From Octopus vulgaris (lineage: Eukaryota): DNA of 64,000 nucleotides. Shown here in pieces: positions 1 through 15,730 of this stretch. Where the stretch lies: positions 107,260,001 through 107,324,000 of the forward strand of contig OX597814.1 in NCBI GenBank assembly GCA_951406725.2, in the 5' to 3' direction. The translations under genes and the position numbers were made by a program. How positions within the stretch are numbered: position 1 is the stretch's first letter; the number at the start of each line of letters is the position of its first letter. The notes beneath the pieces are model-generated. The model worked only from the letters and a program-made list of their open reading frames with translations. It was not told where the DNA came from and did not search any database.

Positions 1-2050
<2,050 letters not shown>

Positions 2051-2616
2051 GGAAAAGAAAATGTTTGTCACCACCACTTGGCAACCGGTGCTGGTGTGTT
2101 TATGTCCTTATAACTTTGCAGAGACCAATAAAATAAACACTTCACAAAAAAATAAATACTGGGGTCAACTCTTTTGATTAAAATCCCTTAAGGTGGTGCT
2201 CCAACATGGCCAAAGTCTAATGACTGAAACAAGAAAAAGATAAGATCTACATTTAGTATGATACACAGATTGTAATTTTGGATTAGATTTATTGGTAATT
2301 CCAGACTCCTTTAGCTCTGATCTTCAGCCTTGTCTTCTATGTTGTCATTATTTAGTCTGCAGATTCTTTAATGCCTCTTTGCAATGTTGTTTGAGCATCT
2401 TTACCAATGAGGCACTGTTCCTGTTGAAATGGTAATGATTCCAGTAATGAAGGTGAACCAATAATTGGTTAGCATGAAAAAATAATATAATTGGCAAATT
2501 TCCAATATTTTTGTGGGCATTTCTAGAGAAAAACTGAAGGAAACTAAACAGGTTCAGAGATTTGGAATTATTCTGCAAGGATATCATGTATGAAATATAA
2601 TATTCCAATATCCTGT

Positions 2617-3488
2617 TGTGGGTGTGTGTGTGCTTATGTATAGTTATGTGTCTGTCTGTGTGTATATGTTGTTTCTGTGTTTGTTTTTGGATATGAGTGT
2701 ACATGTGTGTGTGTACATGTGTGCATGTATATGTATGTGTGTGTGTACATGTGTGCATGTATATGTGTGTGTGTGTGTGCATGTATATGTGTGTGTGTGT
2801 ACATGTGTGCGTGTATGTGTGTGTGTGTACATGTGTATGTGTGTGTGTACATGTGTGCGTGTATGTGTGTGTGTGTACATGTGTGCATGTATGTGTGTGT
2901 GTGTGTGTGCATGTATGTGTGTGTACATGTGTGCATGTATGTGTGTGTGTGCATGTATGTGTGTGTGTGTACATGTATGTGTGTGTGTGTACATGTATGT
3001 GTGTGTGTGTACATGTGTGCATGTATGTGTGTGTGTACATGTGTGCATGTATGTGTGTGTGTGCATGTATGTGTGTGTGTGTGTACATGTGTGCATGTAT
3101 GTGTGTGTGTGCATGTATGTGTGTGTGTACATGTGTGCATGTATGTGTGTGTACATGTGTGCATGTATGTGTGTGTGTACATGTGTGTGTACATGTGTGA
3201 ATGTGTGTGCATGTGTGTACATGTGTGAATATGTGTGTGCATATGTATGTGTACGTGTGTGTGCATGTATACGTGTGCATGCATATGTATACATGTGTGT
3301 GTGCACATGTGTGTGTACATGTGTGCATGCATATGTATACGTGTGCATGCATATGTATATGTGTGTGTGCACATGTACATGTGTGCATGTATACGTATGT
3401 GTATGCATGCACATATCTATACATGTCTGTTCACACGTGTGTGCATGTATATATATATATATATGTGTGTGTATGAATGTGTCTATAT
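2617..3488. repeat. Complex (GT)n microsatellite with ACAT/GCAT interruptions
   Basis: Directly visible. Confidence 0.97.
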
Positions 3489-3807
3489 AATAGACTTCAC
3501 CATTGAATCCACTTCTCTTTAGCTCCTCTAACTAAAATAATTTGACAGTTTCTGTTTTTTTCTGGAGATTAGCGATAATGCTGCAGTGCGTTGTGTTATG
3601 CAATTACCAATATTCTTATTGTGCGATGCTTTGTGCACAATTTTACCATTTCTCCCAGTTGTATTCTATGGAATGAATAAATAATTCCCAAAAGCCATAA
3701 TCTTGCCTTTTATGGAATATTATGATATTTCAATATTCCACAACATTTGAGACGGAGTAATGTAAAGATTTCAAAATGTTTCAATGGCTAGAATTTGTCT
3801 ACACTCA

Positions 3808-3848
<41 letters not shown>

Positions 3849-3884
3849 TATAGAAGACATAAATCTGGAGAAGCTCACTCTAAG

Positions 3885-3916
<32 letters not shown>

Positions 3917-4092
3917 TATAGAAGACATAAATCTGGAGAAGCTCACTCTAAGATATATATATATATATATATATATATACTCTCTTTCATTTTCCTGAGC
4001 ATTAAACTAATACACCTGCTTGTTGTTCATACACCTGTCTTCGTCTTTTGTTTTCCTATAAATTTCAACTGTGTGTGTGTGTATATATATAT

Positions 4093-4380
4093 CACCGTGA
4101 CCGACCAGGCTATCAGATGTTGCTAGTGATCGCTGGTCACAATGCGCTTTGCATTGTTTTAGCCTTCAAATGATGCCACGCCGCTGGCTAAGCGAGCAGG
4201 CCTACAGAAGAAAGAGTGAGAGAAAGTTGTGGCAAAAGAGTACAGCAGGGATCATCACCACCCCCTGCTGGAGCCTTGTGGAGCTCTTGGTGTTTTCGCT
4301 CAATAAACACTCACAACAACCGGTATGGGAATCAAAACTGCGAGTCCACTGCTCTAACCACTGGGCCATTGCACCTCCAT
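4093..4380 (-). mobile_element. tRNA-derived SINE
   Basis: Minus strand starts ggaggtgcaatggcccagtggttagagcagtggactcg (A-box); related heads at 54845, 9535 and 30130; flanked by (TA)n. Confidence 0.8.
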
Positions 4381-5095
4381 ACATATATATATATATATGG
4401 AGAATGGGAGAGAGAAAGAAGAAAAGGATACTAACCAATTAATTACTTTGCAATGGAAAATTTAGAATTTCTCTTTGAATCTATAGACACAGGCATGGTT
4501 ATGTGAATAAGGAGTTTGCTTTGCAACCCTATGGTGTTGAGTTCAGTTCCACTGTTTGGTACTTTCTACTATTGGTCCAGGCTGACCAAAGCTTTGTAAG
4601 TGGATTTGGTGAACAGAAACTGAAAGAATCATGTGTTTATATATATATTATATTGCCAAATCAGATTGGAACCTGGTGTAGCCTTCTGGCTCGCCAGTCC
4701 TCAGACAATCCGTCCAACCCATGCCAGCATGGAAAGCAGATATTAACGATGATGATATATATATACATAGAAGCAATACTTATAACAATATAGAACATGG
4801 AGACTTGTTCATCCTCAAAATATATTTCTTCTTTTACAATTTTATACACCATACTATTATGGTTTTTATGACCTACACATTTCCACTGCACAGGATTACA
4901 TGCAGTAGCAGATGCAACTTGGCATGATTTTCAGTGCAGCTAATAGTACTTATAGACCCCAAATATGTGGTTAGCCATAACCTGGAACATAACTGATAGC
5001 CACCGTAGTATTCACCTAGACAATATAATCCATCCAAACTCATATATATATATATATATATAATCAAAATAAGTAACAAGGATATCCAAAGGTAA

Positions 5096-5183
5096 TGCAG
5101 TACGGTCGTTTCATGTGACTCCATTTAATTAAACAATGCAAGTATTACATCAGTTTTAAAATGTAGAGCAATCTTCAGCTGTA
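5096..5183 (-). ncRNA. Degenerate type I hammerhead-like motif
   Basis: cag-CTGAAGA...GAAAC-gacc-GTA-ctg on minus strand, inside a (TA)n-flanked segment. Confidence 0.5.
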
Positions 5184-6469
5184 TATAAATATAGGATTTA
5201 GTTAAATTGAAAAGATTCATTTTTATAGTTATTCCATTTACCAACATCACAAAGAGGGTAAGTAGGTAGACAGAGAAACAAGTTTCATCCACGAAAACAT
5301 GGTAGTAATTATATATATATATATATTATGAGTGTGTGTCTGTACCCTTGTGTTGACATCATGTAATAGTTTTAAACAAGCATCACCATCATACAAGTGG
5401 TGTTGTTCATTTCTAGTCTTTCATGAAAACATGTCTGCCCATGGGAAAATTACCTTCTTTGGAAACAAGTGAAGATTGGAGACAGGAAGGGCATCTGGCC
5501 AGTGGAAATATGCCTCAATAGAGTCTGTTGGATCCATGCTGCCTTGGTTTGAACAGTTTAACAGGAGCTGACCAACTGGAGATCTGTACTAGGCTCCATT
5601 TGTCTGTTTTTGGCATGGTCCTATGACTGGGTATCTTTCCTAATGCCAACCATTTTAGTGTGTACTGGGTGCTTTTTATGTGGCACCAGCATGTAAAAGT
5701 GAGCCTTAAAATGTTGATCTTTACATATAAAACCCCCAAGGCAATTGGTGAAGAATTATCAGGTTGGAATGGATCACAGTTCATATATAACATCTGGGAT
5801 AATGGCATAAACAAAGGTGTTTTTATCTTCCAAAACCCAATTACAGTCAATAGAAAATCCTCTGAGAATTTACAGTTGTTATATCTACATTGAATTCAAA
5901 CTTATGGTCTTTTACATAACGCTGCTAATAACATTATTATCATAATTTTTAACATCCACTTTTCCATATTTACCTGAGTTAGATGCAACTTGTTGAAACA
6001 GCATTTCCACAGTTGGATGCTCTTCCTGTCACTAACTCTTATGCTTCCAAGCAAGGTAATATTTTCCATGACCAGACATGTTTTTCATGGAAGACAGGAA
6101 ACCAACCTCACTTGTATGACAGTGATGCTCACTTACAACCATCACAGAAGACATAGGTGCACACATACATACATACATGCATGCATGCATGTCTATACAT
6201 GTGTGTAAGATGAAGAATAGGCAAGGAGTATCTTTACTGATAAATTGGTGAATATGAAAAATCCTTCCACCCTAACTCAACCCCAAACTGAAGAAAGAAA
6301 TGAAAAGGTCATCTGGTTTAACTGACCCCCCCCCCCATTCAATCTAGATGTATTTCAAAAATAGCTGGGAACTTCCTGGTGTTAATTAAATGGCAATTCT
6401 CAAGGATCCACAGATATCATAGATTCTTTCATTTCTATAACGTAAAGTTAACTCATGCTTAAGGAATAT

Positions 6470-7015
6470 CATGTCAGATGTTGAGCCTCACAGAGGCTAT
6501 GACGAAAGACCGAGTCCTCTGGAGATATGCTGTGACTTCGAAGACTGACAAATGAAGTGAGTTCATGGCTCGCAGGATGGCCTGCTGTGCTAACCTTGGA
6601 TCATAGAGTGACCCGTTGTTCTTGAGAAGACCTTTTGAGTTAAGTACGTTAACACCAACATCAAATGAAAATTGAATAGAAATAGTAAAGACACCCGTGC
6701 CAGTGACACGTTAAAAGAAAAGCACCGTCCGAACGTGGCAGATGCCAGCACTGCCTGACAGGCGTCCGTGTCAGTGACACATAAAAGCACCAACCGATCG
6801 TGGCCATTTGCCAGTCTCCTCTGTCCCCTGTGCCAGTGGCACATAAAAAGCACCCATTACACTCATGGAGTGGTTGGCGTCAGGAAGGGCATCCAGCTGT
6901 AGAAACACTACCAGATCAGACTGGTGCCTGGTGCAGCCTCCTGGCTTCCCAGACCTCGGTCGAACCATCCAACCCATGCTAGCATGGAAAACGGACGTTA
7001 AATGATGATGATGAC
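6470..7015 (+). mobile_element. 5'-truncated RTE-clade LINE (ORF end + 3' UTR + (GAT)n tail)
   Basis: Encodes LSLTEAMTKDRVLWRYAV, similar to the 40583-40987 ORF; ends gttaaatgatgatgatg. Confidence 0.8.
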
Positions 7016-9246
7016 AATGCTTGCAACAGGCACAAACACCCACGCACAGTTTCCAGACCACACTCCGACCTGTACTGTCCAAAATCCTACCAACTGCCCA
7101 TTGGGAGGATCTTTCTTCAGAGGCTATGCTCTATAGAACTACCCTCACACCTTTCGATTATTACATGAGATATCACACGAGTATGACAGCCATAGATTTT
7201 AAGGGTAGATACATGCAACACGTACACTCTTTCTGATGTAGGGACAGGGAAAAACTCCATTTTACTATCTTGCTTTATCTGGAGACTCCAGGACCATTGA
7301 AATAACTTCTACATCACATGAAGCATCCTTGGCTGGTTCTCTTAATCATCAGGAGCTCATAATTGCCAACTCTGTCTCTGCGAGAAACTGACATACTCCA
7401 CAGACCACAGTAATATCTTCTATATTGGTGATTCTCAATCATTTTTTTTACTTAAAGACTCCTCTGATACCCATTTTATTCAGGTGGACCCTCAAAAACA
7501 TTCAATGTTTGTAAAAATGTCATATTTTTATAATGGGAATTGTGTATTGTAGACATCTAACCACTTCATTGCACCTAAACTTCAGTAAAATCTTATTTGG
7601 ACCTCCAAGGATTATGTGAACCCCCAGTTGAGGACCACTGTTTTATGTGATATCTATAGTGTGATATTTTCTATAACAATAGTTATCTCTGCATCGCCGT
7701 CATCTCTGCATCGCCATCATCTCTACATCGCTGTTTCTGCCAGTGGTACGTAAAAAGCACTATCCAAACATGATTGATGCCAGGCCCGCCTAACTGGCCT
7801 CTGTGCCGGTAGCATGTAAAATGCACCCACTACGCTCTTGAAGTGGTTGGCATTAGAACGGGCATCCAGCTGTAGAAACATTGCCAGATCAGGCTGAATC
7901 CTGGTGCAGCCTCCTGGCTCTCCAGACCTCAATCAAATCGTCCAACTCATGCCAGCATGGAAAACAGGCATTAAGCAATGATAATCTATATCACTGTTGT
8001 ATCTTCTCAACATAGCTATATCACTAGGATATCATCTCTGCAGTAGGTATGTCTGTACTGCTGTAATATCCATATACAATATCTCACAGCTAAGAATCTC
8101 ACTTCCTCCTCCTCCTCACTTTTTCAATATATTGATGTTTACACAACCAATTCTGGAGAAGTGTTTGTTCTTCTTCTGGCCATCAAAATTATTGATATTC
8201 CACAGTGTTCAAGAGAGAATAAACCAGCATGGAGTTATTTGTCTGGCGAGGGGCAGTGGGGGGAAGTGGTGGGGTTAATGGGTGGAGTGAAGATGAAGGA
8301 GCACAGAGAGAATGGAGAAAGGTCAGATTCTGGAAGCAGAAACAATAAAATGAACCCAAAGCATTTTCGCTTCTCACCCTTTCGGTCTCCAGAAACTCTT
8401 TTGGGCTGTTACCATCATAGACCCTCACCAATTGTCTCGGATTCCAGACTAAACTGGTTCTGCTAGCCCCCCAGCTCCTGTTGCTGATATTGTAACAGTG
8501 ATAATATACCTCACCCCCTCGTCCCCCTCCCCCCATATACAATCAATTTCATATGAAAAGGAAGAAAAAATCTTTCAAGATCGGAGTCTGGTGCAGCCAT
8601 CTGGCTCGCCAGTCCTCAGTCAAATGATGATATATATATACATACACAACAGACTTCTTTCAGTTTCCGTCTACCAAATCCACTGACAAGGCTTTGGTTG
8701 GCCCAAGCCTATAGTAGGAGACACTTGCCCAAGCTGCCATGCAGTGGGACTGAACCTGGAACCATGTGGTTGGGAAGCAAGCTTCTTACCACACAGCCAC
8801 TCCTGCGATTGTTTGTTTTTAGAAAGAAATTATAGGGTAGGTGTGAGAAGCTGGACCATGGTCAGTTTGGACATCAAACAGAATATTTTGGCTGGATATG
8901 ACTGGTTTAAATGCGAATGGTTTAAACTTGTTTCACAACAATTTGGAAGTGTCTGAAATGTATTAGATTAATCCCCTACTTAAAGCAGCAAGCTGGAAGA
9001 ATTGTTAGCACTCTGGGTGAAATGCTTACCAGTATTTCATCTGCCCCTACATTCTGAGTTCAAATTCTGTCAAGGTCGACTTTGCCTTTCATCCTTTCAG
9101 GGTCAATTAAATCGGTACCAGTTATACACTGGGGTCAATATAATCGACTTAATCCCCTCCCCCCATGCTGCCCTTGTAGCAAAAATTGAAATCCTTATTC
9201 CCTTCCTTTATGGCATGTTTTAAATGTTTCTTATTTGTAATTACAG

Positions 9247-9462
9247 GTTGGTGACAATGTGATTGCTCTGAGTGAAGGCCAGTGTTGGGCTGAATTTGCC
9301 AGTGTTCCTGTAAAATATGTCTACAAAATGCCAGAAGGAATGAGCTTCCACGATGCTGCTGCTATTGCCATGAACTATCTGACTGCTTACATCCTTCTCT
9401 TCGATATCGGTAACTTGCGTGCTGGACAATCTGTCCTTGCACACGGCATAGCCGGGGGAGTG
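9247..9462 (+). CDS. VAT1L: VAT-1-like protein, first exon visible in window (VGDNVIAL...HGIAGGV)
   Basis: ttacag acceptor, gtgagt donor, 216 nt, phase 0/0. Translation has MDR motifs WAE, MSFHDAAAIAMNYLTAY and the start of the AGGVG nucleotide-binding loop, closely resembling VAT1L. Confidence 0.95.
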
Positions 9463-11409
9463 GTGAGTATAGTTCTCTGATATTTCTTAGATCCCTGCCA
9501 ATTAGGAATCCTTGATAATGGATTTACCAAAAAGTGAGTAGCTTAGTGGTTAGGGTATATGGCTCATGGTCATAAGGTCAGGAGTTCAATCCCCAGTGAT
9601 GCATTGTATCCTTGAGCGAGACACTTCATTTCACTTTGGTCCTGTCCATTCAGCTGGCATCAATGAGTTGTACCTGTATTTCAAAGGGCCAGGCAAGTCA
9701 CATTCTGAATCTCCCTAAGAACTATGTTAAAGGTCCATATGTCTGTGGAGTTCTCAGCCAATTGCATGTTAATTTTATCAACAAGCTGTTCCATTGATCG
9801 GATCAACTGAAACCCTCATCATTGTAACCAACGTAGTGCCAGAACTGAAAATCGGGGAAGTCGGCAAAAAGTGATTCTAATTGATTCAAAAAGTCTAAAA
9901 ATATATTTCGTTTTGGGATTTGGTTTGCAAGATTCCTTATATGAGTTCGTGGGTTGAAGCATATTCTGTTGTCTGGGGAGAATCATTTTCTTTTTGTGCC
10001 TTATGATGTAACACACTCACCGGTAAAATTTCCACTTTTTTCTTATTTTTATTTTCCTAAAATTTTCTTGCAACCTTTTCAATAGTTTTGACTCTCTAAA
10101 ATTATAGCTTTAAAATATTTTATTTCCACAAATATTTACAACAAGAGGGACTTACTCAAACGTTAATTAGGGAAAACAAACGGTTAAAAGGGCCTGGAAT
10201 AGAGAGCATGTCATTGGTGAGGTTGCAAACGATGACAAAAGGACTCTAACAAACAATTAATTAGTTAATTGGCTAAATTAGTTAACGAAATGACTAATAA
10301 GCAAAGAAGTCCTTGGGTAAGTGTCTTCTACCTTAGCCTCTTGCCAACCAAAGCCTTGTGAGTGGTTTTGGCTGACAGAAACTGACAACTGGTGTTGGTG
10401 TGTTTACATCCCCTTAAGTTAGCAGCTTGGCAAGAGAGAACAAAAGAATAAGTGTCCCAGCATGGCCACAGTCTAATGACTAAGTAAAATATAACCTGTG
10501 CATGTGTTTGTTGGCATTATGACCTTCCCAAGATACAACAAAATCTGTTTCAGCATACAGGTTCACATCAAGAACCTTGCAGACCAAATCCAAAACTAAA
10601 ATAACTTTTAAAATGAATTTCCCCCCAACATCGCTTGACAAACGATGCTGGTGTGTTTACGTCCCCGTAACTTAGCGGTTTGGCAAAAGAGACTGATAGA
10701 ATAAGTACTAGGCTTACAAAGAATAAGTCTTGGGGTCGATTTGCTCGACTAAAGGCGGTGCTCCAGCATGGCCACAGTCAAATGACTGAAACAAGGAAAA
10801 GAGAGAGAGTAAGAGTACTCTTGCTGAGTGAGAATTGTGTTGTTTAGGTCAGCCTTAATGAAATCAAACTTTGATCAAAGAAGTTCCAGCCATGACCATC
10901 CCATCATATACCAAGAACAAAATGCTGAGCAGCACTTCTTGCAGCTTATTAGATTCTGAGTTCAAACTGCATCAAGGTTAACCTTGCCTTTCATCATTTC
11001 AGGGTCATTAAAATAAGGTACAGTCAAGTAATGGGGTCAATGTAACTGACACGCCCCCTTCTCTTGGAAATTGTTGGCCATGTGCCAAAATTTGGAACAA
11101 TTATTAAGGCTCCAAGCTGACTGAATCCTTAAAATGTTGGAAACCATGCTTAGCAGCCTTTCTTTTGACCCTTTATGTTCTGAGTTCAAACCCTACCGAG
11201 GTCGACATTGTCTGTTGTCCTCTTGGGGGTGGGAGTGATCAGATAAAATACCTGTAGCATACTGGGGGGGAGGTCAATGTAATCAAGCAACCCCGTTCCT
11301 TCAAAATTGCTGGCCTTGTGCCAGAATTTAAAGCAATTGTTTCTTGTACCCAATTTCAGGAAGATGTTTTGAGTTGAGCTAATATTCCATGTTGGTCGTT
11401 TGTTTTTAG

Positions 11410-11552
11410 GGTCAAGCTATAATCCAGTTATCGAAAACTGTTGAAAATGTCACTTTATATGGAACTGCTTCTGCCCATAAACATGAATCGCTGAAGGATA
11501 AAGTTACTCACGTCTATGACCACAGTTTGGACTATACACAAGAAATAAGGAA
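11410..11552 (+). CDS. VAT1L: VAT-1-like exon (GQAIIQLSKTVENVTLYGTASAHKHESLKDKVTHVYDHSLDYTQEIRK)
   Basis: ttttag acceptor, gtaagt donor, 143 nt; completes AGGV-G in frame; GTAS..KHE motif. Confidence 0.95.
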
Positions 11553-13338
11553 GTAAGTCGTTTCTTCAGCTCTTTTGCTTCTTATCCTGACATTACCATT
11601 TCTAAAGAAACATTCAAAGATTTGCTGGGATTACTCTTAATGTTTGAAGCTCATTGATTGAATCAGAGAAAATATTGTTTGCGAATGATGATCATCATCA
11701 TCGTCATTGTATTTAACATCTGCTTTCCATGCTGGCATGGGTTGGACGGTTTGACTGAGGACTGGAGAACCAGGAGGCCTTGCCATGATCCAGTCTGATC
11801 TGGCAATGTTCCTACAGCTGGATGCCCTTCCTAATGCCAACCACTTCGAGAGTGTAGTGGGTGCTTTTTACATGTCACCAGCATGAGGGCCAGTCAGCAA
11901 GAATTAGATTTGGTCTGATTTATAAGAAATATGCTTCCCAAGCTTCCCAACCACATGGTTCTGGGTTCAGTCTCATTGCATGGTACCTTGGGCGAGTGTT
12001 TTCTACTACAGCCTTGGGCCAAAACCTTATCAGTGGATTTGGTTGACTGAAACTAAAAGAAACTCATCATACACATGTGTTTGTGTATCATCATCCTGTT
12101 TTAATGTGTTTTCATACTGGTATGGTAGTTGTAAATGAGTGTCACTATTGTACAAGCAGTGTTGTTCATTTCCAATATTCTGCAAAAAAAAAAACAAGCC
12201 TGACCATGTGAAAACAGGTGAGGGTTAACAGCAGGAAGGGCATTTGATGTAGAAAATCTCTCCAATCTATACAAACATCATCGTCATTATCATTTAACAT
12301 CCATTTTCCATGCTGGCATGAGTTGGACAGTTTGACAGGAGGTAGCAAGCTGGAGATCTGCACCAGGATCCAAGTGTCTGTTTTGGCAAGGTTTCTACAG
12401 CTGGATGCCCTTCTTAATGCCAACTATTTTGCAGAGTGTACTGAGTGCTTTTTATGGGGCACCAGCATGGCACATTAAAACGATGATGATGATGATATTA
12501 ACTGCAAAAGGTGGTTTATTGGCAGAATTGTTAGAACATCAGTTCAACTGCTTCATGGAATTTATTCTGGCCCCTGCACATTGAGTTCCAATTCCACTGA
12601 GGTCAACTATACCTGTCATCCTTTTGGGGTCAATAAAAAAATGTTAGGCCAGGGCAAATACCTTTGGCGATATACTGTGCTTGTGTTGACCTGTCAAGCC
12701 AAGTAAGACCATAGTTGTGGCCAATGCTAGTGTCAGGTCAATGGCACCTGTGCCAGTGGCACATAAAAAGCACCTACTATACTCTCAGAGTGGTTGGTGT
12801 TAGGAAGGGCATCCAGCTGTAGAAACCTTGCCAAATCAGGTCAGAATCTGGTGCAGCCCCCTGGGTTACCAATTTTCAGTCAAACTGTCCAACCCATGCC
12901 AGCAGGGAAAGCAGACATTAAATGATGATGATGATGAGAATGGCAGACTGGATATTTCATGGTATTAATTCTGGCTCTCTGTATTCTGAGTCAAATTCCA
13001 CCTCGATGTTCAAAAAAGCCCCCTCAGGCCTAACATGGTGGACAAGGCAAATCCTTGAAAGAAATTCCAGCACCGAATAGAAGAGGGTTGGCTAGAATCA
13101 AAAGATTTCTCCATTTGAAGAGTCATGTGACTTAGTAAACGAATAAATTAAAAGCAGGATTTAATTTTAAAATCCCATGAAAATTTATAAAATCTTTTTA
13201 ATCTTTTTGTTTCCATATTTTCATTGAAATATGCTGTCTTTGCTTTAATTAAATTCGAAAATAATAGTAAAATAAATTTGTCATCATTAAGTTGGTGTTT
13301 GGAACAGTAATTCACATGAAATTTTGATTTAGATCACT

Positions 13339-13540
13339 TTAACCCTTTTGTTACCATATTTTTTTTAAATAATGAAGAATTTAGTAAAATAGCTTTGCCA
13401 TTATGAAGCTGGTGTTTGGAACTTGAATTAACATGAAAGCTTGACAGAAGTTTTTAATTTAAATCATTTTAAAACAAGAAGTTTGTATGAGAGGACCAAG
13501 GATGGATGACTCAGGCTGGTTTGGTACCAAAACGGTTGAA
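13339..13540. mobile_element. piggyBac-like MITE (TTAACCCTTT...AAAGGGTTAA family)
   Basis: Ends ttaacccttttgttacc / ggtaccaaaacggtt; related copies near 15570, 37615, 49250. Confidence 0.65.
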
Positions 13541-13772
13541 GTGTTCCCTTACAGCTGTTTCAATTAATACTCAGTAACTGTTAAGTAAATATTAAATTTG
13601 AAACCAAAAATATTTGCAAAAATTGTCCATTTTCAGTTTATAAGGGTGTCTGTAACAGACACCTGAGATTTTATCTTGGGTTTTTGGCCCTAAGAAAGTC
13701 TATATTCAGGATTTTGAGGGTTTTTTTTCTTTCTTTTTCATTGTAACTCTTTTTAAATCCTATCTTTTAAAG

Positions 13773-13876
13773 GATTTCTCCTGAGGGTGTTGACATTGTC
13801 ATGGACTGTCTATGTGGGGACGATACTAACAAAGGGATCAGTTTGTTGAAACCCATGGGACGGTACATACTGTTTG
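13773..13876 (+). CDS. VAT1L: VAT-1-like exon (ISPEGVDIVMDCLCGDDTNKGISLLKPMGRYILFG)
   Basis: taaag acceptor, gtgagt donor, 104 nt, phase 2 to 1 consistent with neighbours; GVDIV.DCLCG motif. Confidence 0.95.
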
Positions 13877-14790
13877 GTGAGTATTTGAAGGGTTTTCTAT
13901 TATTAATTCAAATGTAAATTTACAGAAAAAAGGGAACAGAAATTTTGTTTAGTTACTTTTTAAGTAGGTTGCTGCCATTTAGCTTAAGAATTTCAAATGA
14001 GTTGCTGCTTGTAATGGCCATTTCTGTTTGCTACCAATGGGAATTTAAACCTGAAGACTTCAGTGTGAGAGCTTTCTTATTCTCATTTCAAGGATGCTTT
14101 ATAGGCATACTAAATGGACCCTGGTATATGACTGGTATTTTATTTGGTCAGCTAAAAGACGAATTGGGTTAATGAAATGTCAAAATAGTAATTTGCAACT
14201 GAAAACTGGTGGCACCATAGATATGGAAATTGCTAAAATTATATTTATCTGCAACATAAAGATAAATTCCACTAACGATTATAGGCTAATTAACATTCTG
14301 ACAATTGGATTTGTTTGAACGTTTTTTGTTTGATAGAAAATTACTATTTTTAAATCTCACAACAAGAGATATCCAGCAACAGTACTTTGGAGTAAAGATT
14401 GTTTGCCAACATATCATGGCAGTCCTGGCTTAGGACGAATGTTACTGTAATTCAGCCCCAGGAGACATTGTCTCCAGCTGGCTATACAACATAATCTGTG
14501 TCCTTATATTTTCAAACAAGGGAATCTAGCACCCCCCCTCCACATCTGTTCTTGAGTGTACAACCCACTACTCCCTCCCCCACCCCCATCACCTGCTGCT
14601 TAACCTCCCCCCTTCTTTTTCTTTGTCTCCTTGGTGAGGCAGTTCTGGGTTAATTTGATCTTTTATACTGTTAATGTTTTTTTTTCCTTCTTCCTTCAAA
14701 AATATGTAACATAAACAAAAAAATTAAGAAACTTTAATGAAAATCAAGAAACCATTTCTTGTAGGGTTTATTGAAAATGATTCCTGTATT

Positions 14791-15393
14791 CATTATTAAA
14801 TCTCAGAATGAGATTGAAACAGTAATCGCTCGATAATGTAAAGTATAGAAGCCATCTTAACATGGCTAACCACATAGGGGAGGGGGTGTTACTGTAGCTT
14901 TATAGTCCCAGGAGATCGTCGTCTCCAGCTGGCTTTAGACACCATTTCAGTGCCCTTGAAGTATTTGCAAAGGGAGGCCATCCCTTCCTCGCAAGCCTGA
15001 GTGATACGCTCGGACTAGTTTCAGGATTTTTGTCCCTTGTCAACAGGCGGTAACCACCAGGTCGCGATGAAAGAAAAGGCCGCCTTGCAAACATATAAGA
15101 GTTTTTCTAGTGACGTCTGCCACTGATTTTGAAAAACTGACAGTAAGCATTATTAAATCTCAGAATGAGATTGAAACAGTAATCGCCCGATAATGTAAAG
15201 TATAGAAGCCATCTTAACATGACTAACCACATAGGGGAGGGGGTGTTACTGTAGCTTTATAGCCCCAGGAGATCATCGTCTCCAGCTGGCTTTAGACACC
15301 ATTTCAGTGCTCTTGAAGTATTTGCAAAGGGAGGCCATCCCTTCCTCGTAAGCCTGAGTGATACGCTCAGACTAGTTTCGGGATTTTTGTCCT
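14791..15393. repeat. Direct duplication, ~245 bp units ~357 bp apart, Penelope pLTR-like
   Basis: cattattaaatctcagaatgag...ggatttttgtcc occurs twice, nearly identical; decayed hammerhead on minus strand at 15008-15048. Confidence 0.85.
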
Positions 15394-15730
15394 GTATTTA
15401 TTTAGTATTTATTTATTTAGTAGAAACCTTTATTCATTGTAGTGTGTCTATAGTTATTGCTGTTGGTTCCATATTGCCTATAATTGGTACCAATTTATAT
15501 ATAGGTTGTAATGAAATGGTAAAAACTGGCCCCATATTCCATTTAATTTATAACAATGTTATAAAATTTAATCCTTTTGTTACCATATTTCTCTCAAGAT
15601 CCACTGATTTCAGTTAATTTTGTAAAATAAGGAAGAATTTGAAAAAATAAATTTGCCATTATTAAGTTCATGTTTGGAACATAAATTAAAATAAAATTTT
15701 GCTGGCAGATTTTAATTTTGGCCATTTTAA

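Noticed and set aside
2348-3522. His/Thr- and Cys/Val-rich ORFs in several frames (also 26293-26796, 42268-43116)
   Set aside because: Stop-free GT/CA repeats open on both strands; artefacts.
5660-5893. Candidate upstream VAT1L exon
   Set aside because: No resemblance to the MDR N-terminal domain and no convincing splice sites.
7021-7420. Non-repetitive-looking stretch with a 71 aa ORF
   Set aside because: No recognisable motif or splice support; probably an old TE fragment.
13545-13586. GAAACAGCTGTA with CTGAGTA on minus strand (similar at 24082-24106)
   Set aside because: No proper CUGANGA or stem II; treated as a hammerhead remnant only.
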